In this document: in pieces, positions 50,280-64,000 of the stretch
How the letters are laid out: each line of letters starts with the position of its first letter
How positions within the stretch are numbered: the stretch's first letter is position 1
From: Octopus sinensis
Lineage: Eukaryota
NCBI RefSeq assembly: GCF_006345805.1
Contig: NC_042998.1
Location: 82,150,001-82,214,000, forward strand
Reading direction: 5' to 3'
Length of the DNA: 64,000 nucleotides
Program-made: the position numbers and the translations under genes
The notes under the pieces: generated by a model
What the model was told of the DNA's origin: nothing
Databases searched by the model: none
Seen by the model: the letters and a program-made list of their open reading frames with translations, nothing else

Positions 50280-52258
50280 TCAACCAATTAAAATATTCCC
50301 ACACGCAACATCCACATTCAACAACAATGAAAATACTAGAGCTGGAAAAACTTCATCTGCAGACTAACATGAAAACCTCCATTGAAAATCAAAGAGCTGT
50401 GGAGGAACAATGGGTAATCAAAAACATCAAACAGAACCCAAAAGTGTTCTATTCTTATGCAAATAAGCATAGAACCACTGTCTCACCTATTGGGCCATTG
50501 AATGATGAAAACGGCATTCCCCAACACGATGCTAAAGAAATGGCAGAAATACTGCAGAAACAATATTGCTCTGTCTTCAGTGTTCCCACTGATATTGATG
50601 TGAGGGAAACGAACGAAGCTGACTCCCAACACAAAATCGCAGACATAACCTTCACTGCCACCGACATCGTAGCAGCAATAAATGAGGTCAAACATTACTC
50701 CGCTGTAGGCCCTGATAGATTTCCCGCCAGTCTCCTGAAGGAATGTAGATATCAACTTGCAGTCCCTCTGACCAACCTCTGGAGAAACTCGTTAGACGCA
50801 GGTTATATACCGAAAAAGTTTCTATCCCAGTCGGTCATCCCGGTTTTCAAACAGGGAAACAGATCCCTCGCAGTCAACTATCGCCCAATCTCACTCACCT
50901 CCCACATCATTAAAGTGTTTGAAAGAGTGTTAAGATCAAGGATAGCTGACTTCCTGGAGACCCACAAACTCCTAAATTCAAATCAACATGGCTTTCGCTG
51001 TGGCAGGGACTGTCTAACACAGCTCTTACACCACATTGAAGATGTACTCAAAGCCTTGGGAACAGGTTCGAACTCTGACGTCATATACCTTGACTTCAGT
51101 AAAGCGTTCGACAGGGTAGACCATAACATCCTACTCTCAAAATTGGCAAATGTTGGAATCCGTGGAAAAGTTCTACACTGGATTCAGTATTTCCTAGCGA
51201 ATAGAACACAACATGTTGTAGTTGATGGAGTCCACTCAAACCCAGCAAAAGTCACCAGCGGTGTTCCCCAGGGAACTGTTTTGGGTCCGCTACTCTTCAT
51301 AATTTATGTAAACGACCTTTCCAGTGTCGTACATCACTGCAAAGTGAAAATATTCGCTGATGACACTAAGCTCCAGCAAATCGTCAATGAAGAAGCAGAC
51401 CGAACTCAACTCCAGTCTGACCTATATGCTGTGAGTCAATGGGCAGACAGAAACAAAATGCAACTGAATGAGGGAAAATTTGAGCTGATGCATTTTGGAA
51501 GAAATTCCTCACTAAAACAACCATACTCTCTTCCTTCAGGGGAACCGCTCACAGCCTCTAACAATATCAGAGACCTGGGTGTAATTGTTGATGACGATCT
51601 CAGTTGGAGTGCACACATCAACAAGAAGGTCGATACAGCTCGTAGGATGAGTTCCTGGATCTTAAGAACTTTCCGGTCCAGAGAACAAGGTGTCATCATA
51701 CCACTTTTTTCATCCTTTGTACGGCCACACCTTGAATACTGCTGTCCACTGTGGTCTCCTCACACAAGACAAAACATCTCCAGAATTGAGTCACCCCAGA
51801 GGGCTATCACTAAACAAATTGAAGGCATGGCTGCTCTCGACTATTGGGATCGCCTTAAAGCCTTGAAACTTTACTCCCTCCAGCGTCGTCGTGAGCGGTA
51901 CATCATTTGTACGATGTGGAAAATATACCGCCAACTTTGCCCAAACGACCTAAACATTAGCTTCAAGGTTCATCCGAGACTTGGACCACGGGCTATACGT
52001 CCCCTGCCAAATTCAAGATCACAACATACATGTACACTGCAACATAATTTCTTTTCCTCAACAGGCCCTGCCCTATTTAACATTGTCCCGAGGGAGATCA
52101 AAGAGGAAAAGGATCCCATCAACTTCAAACAGAGTCTGGATAGATTCCTTCAAAGAATACCAGACAAGCCACCCATAATTGGATACAACTCACCCAACAA
52201 GAACTCACTACTTGAACAAAACTGGATACAACTCACCCAACAAGAACTCACTACTTGA
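50280..52258 (+). CDS. LINE ORF2 part 2: reverse transcriptase (CR1 clade), open to its stop codon
   Basis: VGPDRFP, NYRPISLTSHIIKVFE, NQHGFR, YLDFSKAFDRVDH, GVPQGTVLGPLLF, FADDTK, RDLGV, RPHLEYC, SLQRRRER; no internal stops. Confidence 0.92.
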
Positions 52259-52265
52259 ACAAAAC
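52180..52265 (+). repeat. Perfect 43-bp tandem duplication at the ORF2 C-terminus
   Basis: TGGATACAACTCACCCAACAAGAACTCACTACTTGAACAAAAC at 52180-52222 and 52223-52265. Confidence 0.95.
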
Positions 52266-52358
52266 TTGACTTAAACAGGATTCGAATAATCCTATCAGGT
52301 GGTGCTAGTAAGTTAGACATGGCCTGGACCAATCTCTGGTCGAAACATATCTAAGTTT

Positions 52359-52395
<37 letters not shown>

Positions 52396-53367
52396 GCATG
52401 TATGTATGTATATATGTATATATGTTTATATATATATATACATATATACATACATACATCGGTACATACATCTGTATATACATATATAAACAAAGAATAA
52501 GCATACAAAAATACGCAAACACACAAACATTCTTACAGATATGTGTGTATATAGCTGTATATGGCTCTGTAATATCGAAAATAATGACTGCTATATTTTT
52601 ATATATCAAGTAAGTTTTTTGTTTACACTTTTCAGTAAATTCGTATTAAAAGAAGTAACAAAATACGCCTTATTTATTTTCTACGGAAGATGTGAAGTAT
52701 AATTTCTCGGTATTTAGAAAAGCTATTTTGAAAAGAAAGAAAATGAGACAAAGCAAATACACAGCTAAAGCTAATTGAACTGTTTTAAATTCAACATTGA
52801 TATATGAAATTGTGCCCGGAAAGATGTGTGACTATGTGCGTATTTATTTTCTGTCAGAAACGATAGCCTCTACGGTGACCTCATCTGTCTTATGGGTCAA
52901 GTGATAGACATTGCGCTACGATAGTCTTTGAAATTTTGGTCACCTCGTTCTTTATATTGAGCATACTCCATATACATAATACACAGAAACATAGACAGAC
53001 ACACACATACGTGTATCTGTCTATGGCCATCGAAAGATATTGGTGATATCTAAAGCGTTGCTGAATTTATAAAACTTTGATATTCCTTTGATGAAACATC
53101 TTACACCTGCTTACAAAATCTGAAATATTTAATCGTATACACTACCTCGAGACCTTACCTTTGCCTTTCCAGACGCCTAAACCCCAATGACTAAAGACAC
53201 AACACACACACACACAATTATATCTATACATGCATGTATGTATGTGTGTACATATATGTCTATCTTAACATGTACATATTTATATGTGTATATATAATCA
53301 TGTATAAATATTCATACATACGTGCACATATATACGTGTATACGTATATATAAACAGATATATGTAG

Positions 53368-53400
<33 letters not shown>

Positions 53401-53464
53401 TATGTTTATATATACGTATACATATATATATGTGCACGTATGTATACATATATATATGTCCACG

Positions 53465-53515
<51 letters not shown>

Positions 53516-53860
53516 GTATGTGTGTGTGAGTGTGTATGCAGGTTTACACAGTGACGAAATGATACATTGTAATGAAAAGATGAGGCGAACAATTTTCTGT
53601 TGATTACGTATAATTCAATTTATTTTCAATTAAATCGAGACACACTGATTCTACACTAGTCGTTCAAATTTTGTCAGTTATTTAATTATTGCTTAAAATT
53701 ACATTTCTTTAATTACTTTGAAATTACATTTCATGGCAAACATAAATTAAACTGATATTTTTTTTTCATGTTGATATCTTGCCAGCAATTGACATTTTGT
53801 ATGATGTTGTGTGTTCAGCATATAAGTTGCATAAAAATTTCAACAGGCTCGCAATATTCA

Positions 53861-53919
<59 letters not shown>

Positions 53920-53924
53920 ATCAT

Positions 53925-54195
53925 CATCAATTTGAGATTGAGTGCAGTTTCTTACTCAGTTTGTGTTGCCCTACCATCCGTATCCTCCAGTAGGTGTTAC
54001 TTTGGATGTACACTTGGAGTCCTACTGTGTTCGTTATATAGGACGTTCCAAGTTGGATTAGACCCCTACCGCCTTCTTTTCGTATGATATAGAGCCAATA
54101 AACATCCAATTTTGAGTGATTCATCTTGTTTGGTGTCAGCCGTTTTCTGGTCTGTATTCCATGCCTTTATTTCTCTTATTTTTCTTAAATATTTT
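53925..54195 (-). mobile_element. R4/Dong-like non-LTR RT C-terminal fragment abutting (TAA)n
   Basis: NHSKLDVYWLYIIRKEGGRGLIQL..SY....GL..Y (HPKADV.RLY..RKEGGRGL motif). Confidence 0.7.
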
Positions 54196-56129
54196 ATTAA
54201 TTATATGTTACTAAAATTTACATAGTTTTGATATCGAAAATGCATGCGGAAATATATAGCAAACGCTTAAACTCATTTATTCATATCTGATGCGATTTTG
54301 CGCCGACTAATAGGTTGAAATCCTACTGCTTAGCTGAATTTAGTGTTCGTTGTGATTAACGATATGCCGGAAGTGTAAAATATCAGCTGTTTTATAGAAC
54401 CATCATTTGTAAGAGATCTGGAAATATTTTTATAATACTCACATAAAGACAAATACATATATGCATAGAGACACATACGCATACACACTCATACACGTAC
54501 ACACTTATCGCATTACTTTGTCAATGTGAATGTACATGATATTAGGTTGGACCAACGTGTCAACCATTCTTTGTGGAAAACTGCGTCATGAATTATCTGT
54601 ATGACAAACGATTGGTGTTCAACATACTTCTTGGAGTTAATATTTCTTATATGGGCGATGCGTCATGCATATTGACCATTACTTGAAAACCCATTCACTG
54701 ATTGAGAAAGATTGTGCGCAGACAAAATAGCACACTTATAAAGCCGTGATTATACTGCGCCTTTCAAGATATGTATTTCAAGTTGAAAACAAGGAAGTTG
54801 CGTCACATACAAGTTAGCTGCAATTGTGTTTCCATTTGTTGCTCGAATATTATGAATGCGTTGGATCTTCGGTCTAATACAGATGAAAAAAAGATTCAAA
54901 ATTTTACATATATATCAATTTTAACCCTTCGACTCTCACGAGCGTTACGTTCCAAAACATCCCACAGAAATAATTAAAATCTACAAAAATATGAATACCT
55001 ATCGGCCGCAGACCCACGATGTACTGAGTGCACGATAGGTGAACCTCGATATGACATGGGATTACTGTATTTGAAATATACTTAAATTGTGAAATTTATG
55101 TTATATTCATAGTGGCATAAATAAAATAAAGAAGAAAACCATATAATGAGAAACACAGCCATGTTCAGAACAGAACATTTACATTATTATGTAGAAGCAA
55201 AAATATTTTCACGATTTTAGACAACACTGTCGTTCTATTTAAAAGGCGATATTGTGTATCCAAGATTTAAATGTGACGCAACGCTAACAGTCATTACAGG
55301 ATGCATCGTAAACGGCTTGCATGAAAATGTGTACTGTCGTTTTTACAGTATTTTGTGACAAGAAATGCTTAAATACAGTGAAAATTCAACCTATTCGTTT
55401 CTAATTTTTGATATTATAAATATTCTCACTACATATCTAGCTACACTCATGATTTTACTGCTTCAAGGAAAATTAAGAAGGCTTCACTGCAAGAAATTAT
55501 GTCAAGGCTACAGAAAGTAGACAATCTACGGATTCTGATAATTCAGCTCAAATTTTGAAAACAATGTATTAGGTATGCACTTGATGGATCGAAAGATAAT
55601 GTTATATTGCAAGAAATTGATGATAAAAGAAATGGAAATAAACAAATGGCGTGAAGTAATTTATATTCAGTGTCAGATAACAGTAAATAATGCGATGAGA
55701 TTCAATAACATCCATTCTTTGGTAATAAAAAAAAGTTTATTGATATGTGGTAATAGTAAAAATTGTGTTTTATAGTGATATCTTGTTTCTGATTTTAAAA
55801 GGTAAGAGACTAATACGCTTTATTCACACACACACACACACACGCGCGCGCACGCGCGCGCAAGTACACACAAATAGACGCAGGCACAGACACACACAGA
55901 CATTCATTAATTGATAGATAATGATAGGTAAAGTGAGAAAAATAGCGAGAGAAAAGGACATCAAAATGGTTAAAATAATTCGTGTGTGTGTGTGTGTGTG
56001 TGTGTATAACTTAGATGTTTCGAGCAAAATTGGTCTAAGTCATGTCTAACGTAATAGCACCATCTGACTGGATTTGCTAAATCCTTTTTAAGTCAAGTTT
56101 AGTGTTATCATGGCCCGTTCATGTAGGGA

Positions 56130-56490
56130 GTTCTTGATCAACATTTAGAAGTTTTTCGTTAATATCTATCGATATTAGGACAGGAAGTGCTCTGATTAAC
56201 TTTCTCCTTTTGTTCCAGATCACTTTGTGCCATCTCAACTGGAAACTCACTGCGTCTCTATTCAAATGTTTTTGCGCTTCCACGAATAAGGAGCTTTTTC
56301 TACGACCGTAGCAGTTTTCCTCGAACTGCCAGATTTTGGAACTCTCTTCCATTTCTTTGCTTTCCACATTCTTATGACATAAACTTCTTTAAATCTAAAA
56401 TATATACCGTCCTGTCATCTTAATTACTTCTTCTTCATAGCACCTCACACTAAGTGGCTTCTCGCCTTGTTTGGAATTTTCTAATATATA
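56130..56490 (+). mobile_element. LINE (CR1/Jockey group) RT C-terminus and 3' UTR, decayed
   Basis: Plus-strand frame: IYRY*..KCSD*LSPFVP ... LPRIRSFFYDRSSFPRTARFWNSLP..CFPHSYDINFFKS. Confidence 0.7.
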
Positions 56491-57059
56491 AAAGGGTGGT
56501 TTCGAAAATATCTACATTCATGCTTATTAATTGTGATCTCATATGATTAACACAGATGGTCTTGCCATTAAATTATGTAACGCAGATAAATTTGTGGGGT
56601 CTTTAAGTGCCTTTTGCGAAAAGTAAATATTGCATTGATATCTGCACCTGATTTTTGAGACGGTAAACGTAAACATTGCTCCTCGAAGAAAAGTAGATAG
56701 GTTTTGTAAATCAGAATGGATTCTATAGATATTCCATTGGCAATGACTAGACGAATACTTGTTTACAGGCAAGGAGTTAGCTACGGTCATCTTGTTTCTG
56801 CGTAATAATAACTCATCAGAATGATTTAGAATTAACACAAACGATTTTCACATCATACAAGAATTAGGTATTCCAAATAACTTACGCACGTAATATGTTA
56901 GTATATTTAGAGAAAATCAGGTAAATGTGAATGGTATTTGTAATCGGCTCTCAATTAGAAGGGGCGATAATCTCAAGATAATAGGAAGCAGTACCAACAT
57001 ATCAGATAATGTTTGTACACACACACCCACACACACACACACGCACACACATACACACA

Positions 57060-57445
57060 TCTTTTATCTTTTATTTTTTCGCTGTTTCGGTCATCAGACT
57101 GCGGCCATGCTGAGGCACCGCCTTAACATTTTAGTCGAATGAATCGACCCCAGTACTTATTTTTGAAGCCTGGTACTTAGCCAGTCGATCTCTTTTGGCG
57201 AACCACTAAGTTATGGAGACGTAAACACACCAACATCGGGTGTCAAATGGTTAGGGAGGGACGTCACAGATACACATATATATACTTGTATATAGGACGA
57301 GCTTCTTTCAGTTTCCGTCTACCAAATCCGCTCACAAAGCTTTGGTCGGCCCGTGGCTACAGTAGCAGACAATTGCCCAAAGTGCCATGCAATTGGACTG
57401 AACCCGGAACCACATGGTTGGGAGGCAAGCTTCTTACCACACAAC
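57060..57445 (-). mobile_element. SINE family B
   Basis: Reverse complement of tail, body and head. Confidence 0.8.
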
Positions 57446-57449
57446 TACT

Positions 57450-57805
<356 letters not shown>

Positions 57806-58760
57806 TTGCTTGGTTTCCATGAAATCAATAGGTAGAAATATACTTTACCAATGTAACATGCATAAATTCTTAAATCCCGACCCCAACTTTGTACTACGAG
57901 AGCTTTTAGTAAATTATATATTTGTTTAATTTGTAGATTTGTATTCTTGCTGCAAAAGCATGATCTTTGCTTCAGATTTCTAACTTTTATCTTCTTCCAG
58001 TTATAAATGTTACTTCCAAAGCCATGATATTATGTTAGCACTTGTCCGAGACTATAAAAAGATACCACTTTTATTTGTTCTTTTTTTTTATTATTTAATT
58101 TGATGTTTTCACACTGACCAATGTAGATGCTACAACGTATGTACTTTATAGAATAAACAAATAGTATCCACTTTTGCTAAATTTAAGGTAACTGAAGAAT
58201 CGGATTTCTGCAAACGTACTGATTGGTAATTTTTAATTGATAACACTAACATGGATGGCTTTTCTTCCCAACTGCACTATAAAAGCAAAAAGAACTGATA
58301 GCGTTTTGTCAATTCCCATAACAGTATGTCAAAATCCAAGCTTTTAAATACAGTGACATGAATACATTTCACCAATTTTTTTGATTTGTCTGACAAACGC
58401 ATGGCCTGTGTTTTCTTGCATTACGTTTATATTGATAAGGGAATTGATATTTACGCATCGATAAGCTAGTTCAAACTTAACGAATCTTTATAGCTATGCC
58501 CACATATAATCGTTAGAAAACGTTTTATAATGTATTTTCGAGACAAAAAGCACTTGGTTAGCAGAAATGGTAAAGCATTGGAGAGGATTTCTAGTAGTTA
58601 ATTTTAACTCTTCCGTTCTAACTTCCAATATCATAATTGTAAAATTTAATCTTAGTGTTGATAGCTTACGTATCGGCAAAGTACAATATACTTGTGTAGT
58701 GCCAAATATATATTGTTCAATTTATTTGGCTTATCTATTCCATGAAATGTGATCTAGAGA

Positions 58761-59088
58761 AGTGCTTCTCAAACTATCTGATGGGGCGTACTGGCAGTTT
58801 TTTTTCAATGTGCCAGGGGCCGGTAATATTTCTTAGTAATATCAATTTATACCGGAAGCAATAATATATAATGAATATAAGAAAAGTTGACGATTTGTTT
58901 TATTTTATATTTATTTTGTGAACAAATAATACAATTTTATATAAGCTGATAAGTTGTTTACTGCAGTGCATAAGGTGAAATTACTGATTTTATGGTATTG
59001 TTTCTTTCTTTTCTGGAAACTTGCCTCGTACCGGCAGCTGATGGTTCGTGAAAGGGTATCGGTCCGCGGACCACCACTTTGAGCATAT
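58761..59088. mobile_element. Possible hAT (Charlie-like) MITE
   Basis: Starts AGTGCTTCTCAAAC and ends GGTCCGCGGACCACCACTTTGAGCA; termini only partly complementary. Confidence 0.4.
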
Positions 59089-60497
59089 ATATCTTCAGAC
59101 TCCATAAGTGAAACAGCTTCTTCCAATATTTTGACTGCGACTGATATACATTTTTTTAAAAGAAAACCTGATCTTTTGGCACGTTGGTATTATTTTCAAC
59201 ATTTAATAGTTAATCACAACCGTTCTGAAGAAAAAATAATATAACATGTATTTAAGGTTTACATAAATAACTAAAATGAAAAGAGTGTAATTGAGTAATC
59301 GAATTAGATTAGAAATAAAGACTTTCAAGAAGCTCTATTCTTGATAATATATTTGTGGTGGACGTATGGATCAAGTATAACTTAAATAATATGTGCGTCA
59401 TTTATCCTTTTTGTAAGAAACAACTGGCAGAAAATAGCAGGCATGTTGAGTTTGTTTACTGCATGATATTTTTAGCAAAAAAAAGAAAAAATACGAATGA
59501 CGTTTAAAACAAGTGAGATAGAGCTTGATAGGCTTAGCGTGCTTGTAAAAAATATTAATTTACGATATGAAGAATAATTTCAACTTACTAAATTAAGTGC
59601 AATTATATAGAAAGTCTTTGTTATAGAAATACTTTTAACGTAACTACATAAGCCTTATCAAGTTTTCACGTACGAGATCTGAAAGGGATTATCGATTTTG
59701 TTAAAGTATTAGCATCATTTCGAAAGAGACAGAGAAATAATTATACTCTTTTATTCAGAGTTTAATCGACCAAATGCTCTGAGTAGATAACATTTAAAGT
59801 AGCGAAAGTAAATTAGTGTCTTTTTTTTTTTTTTGCTTAATCTCAGCAAGATTACATTCTCCAACAGCAATTTTAAAGACATAAAATCAGTTGAAGTTTC
59901 AAGAATGAAATCAATGATATAACAATTTTATAGCTTATGGAATTAAAATATTTTAACGTAATTGATATGAAACATTACCTGTATTGAAAGACAAATGGTT
60001 AACATTTATGGTCATTTTATCAAACTGATGCAATTTAAATGTTATCAGAGGTATTTATCTGCTAATGTCATTTTCATGACAATGTGGGTGTTTAAAACGT
60101 AACTTTTCACTAATGTTCCGAACTCAGCCCAGTTTCCGTTTTTTAGAAGCCATTTAATACCACTTACCTCACTAATGCTTATCAGAATATTATTCAGAAG
60201 GTATTCTAACATAGTTGGTATAATAAATAATAAATAATAAATAATAAAATAAATAGTTAAATTTACTTTATTACTGAAAACAGCGTCGATATTATAACTC
60301 CACTAGCTTTATGATCAATTCTAATAACAGTAAAATGGAAATAAATTGAAATGAATTAAAAATAATTGAATGTTAAACGTAGGCATGCAACGCGGAAGGA
60401 ATCTGATCTTTGGAAGTATCATGACAACTCCAAACATATTCCGGTATGATTAGTCATCCTGTGCACAGCATAGTCTTCCCAACATAGCAGACCCTAA

Positions 60498-60713
60498 GGC
60501 GGCGAACTGGCAGAAAGTTTAGCACGCTGGGCAAACTGCTTAGCGGTATTTCGTCCGTCTATATGTTCTGAGTACAAATTCCACCGAGGTCGACTTTGCC
60601 TTTCATCCTTCCGGGGTCGATAAATTAAGTAGCTGTCGTGTACTGGAGTCGATCTAATCGACTGGCACCCACTCCCCAAACATTTTGGGCCTTGAGCCTA
60701 TAGTGGAAAAGAA
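60498..60713 (+). mobile_element. SINE family A, full length
   Basis: GGCGGCGAACTGGCAGAA..TTAGCACGC..; TTTCATCCTTCCGGGGTCGATAAATTAAGTA; GGGCCTTGAGCCTATAGTGGAAAAGAAT tail. Confidence 0.85.
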
Positions 60714-62221
60714 TACTTTCCAGACACTAGATAGCAGTGAGTGATAATGCTGAATGAATAAATATTTGCAGGTGTAACAAAGTCAAGAATATTTGAGAAT
60801 CTTCTATAACTGTAAAAGGCTCCCAGTTGTCTTTGTATTTCTCCTAAAATGAAACACATTGCTCAACGGATAATTCAATTTAATTTAAATAATTTTAAAG
60901 TAATGTATATGTCGGAATTGCCTTCTCTTGTATTTTCCAGAATTAGCCAACAGACTAACATTTTCATGAGTACAACCTTAATCAAAGTGAGTTTGCTTCC
61001 TTTATTAAATAATTTAAACACCCACATAACACTGGAGTTTTCATGACGATAGTGGGCTTTGGTCAGGTATCTGCTCCATTCAATCATTACTTGACTTTTT
61101 CATGTTAATCAAGATGTATGCACCTATCTAATACCTGACAAATAGTGAAAGAACTCTTCACCACTTACGAGGTCAAAAGCAACAAAAACATTGGAGCTAC
61201 CTGCACTCATATTTGCCAAAGCTTAAATTCAAACCACGCTGCATACCCCTGTTCAATTTTTAAATAATATTAAGTAATTTATATTGCTGTAATTGTAATT
61301 GTTCCTCATTTCTTATTTAATCATAATTTTTCATGAATCTATTTTTCATTATTAAATTTGTAATTCATTTTCGTTTTTATCTTACAACTGTTATTGTTAC
61401 ATATTAACACATGCAACTTCAGTCAACCTCAGAGTGAAGTATTTTGACTTAGGGTCAGTAAATTTCTAAATGATTAACGGTCAATGTTGTAGTCTACCGA
61501 CAACGAAGACATGGTCGAGCAGAATATTGAAACCATTACAGCTTAAACCGAGACAATCTGTTTCACATATCAAATTTTAGAAATACACAGTGTAATACAT
61601 TTGTTCGATCTTCTTTTACATCATTTTTTTTTGAAATGGTAGGGGCGGGATATGAGTGAAATTCGGCTGCTATTTTGAGAAGACACGAGACCACCTAGAG
61701 AAACCATTGGCTCGGTGAAGACTGATAAAAATAACTAGAACGTTAAGAACCGAATAATAGATATTTTACTGATCAGACCGTATGTTAATAGCCGCATCTT
61801 GTGTGACTTGATCGTAATTGGAATTATAAATGTGCTCAATAAACACTAGAATCACGGTTTTGCACCAAAATCAGAAACCATTATCGAAGGTGTTATTAAT
61901 CAGAATCATGTTTTTATGGTTAAATTCAAGAAATGAATTTATTGTAAATATTAATATAATTAAATTTTATGAATTGTAAAATTACTGCTGTTTAAATTAT
62001 TAAATTAGCATTGTTTAAATTATCATCGATTTGTTTTCCTTGTTCCAGTCGTTGGACAGCCGTCATGCTGGAGCGCTTGATTACCGCCTTGAAGGGTTTG
62101 GTAGAACAAATGATCTCCAGTAATTTCAATCGGTTATCTTGTCAAACCACTAAGTGGCACGGTCTGGTAGGAGAGATATACACAGACATAAAGACACAAA
62201 TATCCATACACGGATATATAC

Positions 62222-62312
<91 letters not shown>

Positions 62313-62389
62313 TGTATATGCCTATATTCATACATACTTGCGCACACTCACAGACACATACATATATGCACATATATCATTTAGATATA

Positions 62390-62503
62390 TATGAGCATCT
62401 CTAGATATGTAGCTATATGAATGAGAATACATATATAAAACATACAAATCTGCACATACATACATACATACATACATACATACATACATACATACATACA
62501 TAC
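62390..62503 (+). mobile_element. Short 3' UTR fragment of the RLE-type family seen at 24298, followed by (ATAC)n
   Basis: GAGCAT..CTAGATATGTA.CTATATG.ATGAGAATACATA..AAAACATACAAATCTGCACATAC matches 24655-24725. Confidence 0.75.
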
Positions 62504-63129
62504 ATAGTTCCTGTTCACGAAATTCACTTACCGGGCATTAGTCCACCCGATGCTATAGTGGAGTATATTTACACAATGTGGTTTGCATTTCCACTGCAAG
62601 CCACGTTGTAAAGCGAAATTTTTAAACTTAAACACGTAGACGTTTTAATATTTAAAAAAATAGGTATACAGTAAAGATAGTATATAATTGTATATGACGT
62701 CCCGAATCAAGTAAAGCCTTGTTGGTTTATTTACTAGTAGACGCTGATTGCGTCTGTGGTGAGTCTGGAGGAATTCATTAGAAGCATCCCGCCATGGCAA
62801 ATTTTCACGACAGGTAAATTATGAGTCTTATAACCAAATTGTTCACAACAATTGAGAAAGTATCCACTTACATCTCTCGTTTACAGCTAAGTTTTCTCTA
62901 GGTAATTTGATTCAATATAGTCCTAAGCAATGGGACAAACATTGCAGTGGAACTGTGTTTGTGATCAGGGCGCATATGAGACGAAAGTTTTGATGCAAAA
63001 TAATAAATACGTTACCAGGTTATGTTACCAGGTTTTTTATGATTCTGGATGGAAAATATGTCTTCCATTTTTCATCTCTTCCATGAAATCGACCATGACG
63101 CATAAGTTATTCTTTTATAAATATGTTTT

Positions 63130-63587
63130 CAATATCTTTCATCTTTTATTCGTTTCAGTCATTAGGTGGTATTCTATGCTGGAATACCACCTTCAAGAAT
63201 TTTAGTCCAACGAAACGACCACAGTACTTTTTTGAGAGTCCGGTACTTATTCTAACGGTATCTCTTACCGATTTGCTAAGTTGCGAAGATATAAACACTC
63301 CCAACACCGATTGTCAGGCGGTAGTGGGACACGCACACACATACATGCTCACATGCATACACATACACAGACATACAAACACACACACATGTGGGGGCGG
63401 TCAAAATAAGGTAAAGAGCACTTAACATATTTCGTAGGAGTTACATGTATTATTTAAAACAGTGATTCGCTTCCGTGCTACTGCAAGCACGAGAGCCCGA
63501 TTCACTCAAACATCTGGAATACCGACTGGAGAAATCCAGGAAGTTCAAAGAAATAATATGGAACCGAATCAACCTGTTTTAAATTAC

Positions 63588-63636
<49 letters not shown>

Positions 63637-63800
63637 TGTACACGACGAGCTTCTTTTAGTTTCCGCCTGCCAAATTCACTACTAAGGCTTTAGTCGGCCT
63701 GAGATTATTGTAGAAGACACTTTCCCAAGTTCTCACGCAATGGGACTGAACCCAAACCCATGCATTCGGAAAGCAAACTTCTTACTACACAGCCACATCT
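63130..63800 (-). mobile_element. SINE family B, interrupted
   Basis: Tail at 63130-63330 and head at 63640-63800 in reverse complement. Confidence 0.65.
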
Positions 63801-64000
63801 GGAGTTCTTTTTCAAGTATCACGAAACATCAGATTCGTAAGTCACAGAACGGTTCGTTTTCTATGAACACAAACAGTATACTTTTAGTTTTGGTCAGATA
63901 AATTATATTTACTATGCAGTTCACAGTATTTTCAATTATAATTACAAGTAATGTAAATATATTTCTACAATACGGTTTGTACGTACACATCTAATAATAG

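Larger units (their letters stand above)
49462..52357 (+). mobile_element. CR1-clade LINE, 5'-truncated, inserted in (TA)n
   Basis: APE plus RT ORF2, short 3' UTR with hairpin (52327-52341) and TATCTAAGT tail; (TA)n on both sides. Confidence 0.92.

Noticed and set aside
52327-52346. Hairpin followed by GAAAC at the CR1 3' end as a hammerhead
   Set aside because: No CUGANGA upstream; better explained as the LINE 3' recognition stem-loop.
56119-56367. 82-aa minus-strand ORF with a GTGAGT donor, and a strong plus-strand acceptor at 56218
   Set aside because: The plus strand encodes a recognisable LINE RT C-terminus (SSFPRTARFWNSLP), so the splice-like signals are probably incidental.

Overview
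Eukaryotic, AT-rich, repeat-saturated DNA. The SINE/LINE/microsatellite repertoire looks like an octopus (coleoid cephalopod) genome; that assignment is inference from remembered repeat motifs. No host gene can be confidently called, and most supplied ORFs are translations of (TA)n/(CA)n/(GATA)n/(ATAC)n tracts. Real coding signal is transposon-derived: a nearly intact, 5'-truncated CR1-clade LINE ORF2 (49462-52357, one frameshift in an A8 run), remnants of Tc1 (DD34E), maT (DD37D) and mariner transposases, RTE, R4/Dong-like, probable L1/Tx1 and Penelope GIY-YIG fragments, a non-autonomous Helitron, MITEs and many copies of two tRNA-derived SINE families. The most striking signal is at least four unrelated families of short elements carrying type I hammerhead ribozyme (HHR) folds, mostly inserted into (TA)n tracts. 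One has a canonical core (9683-9760, minus strand); others are minimal with palindromic helix III and variant cores. Also present: a near-identical 1.72-kb tandem duplication with breakpoints in (TA)n, and several long inverted-repeat structures.
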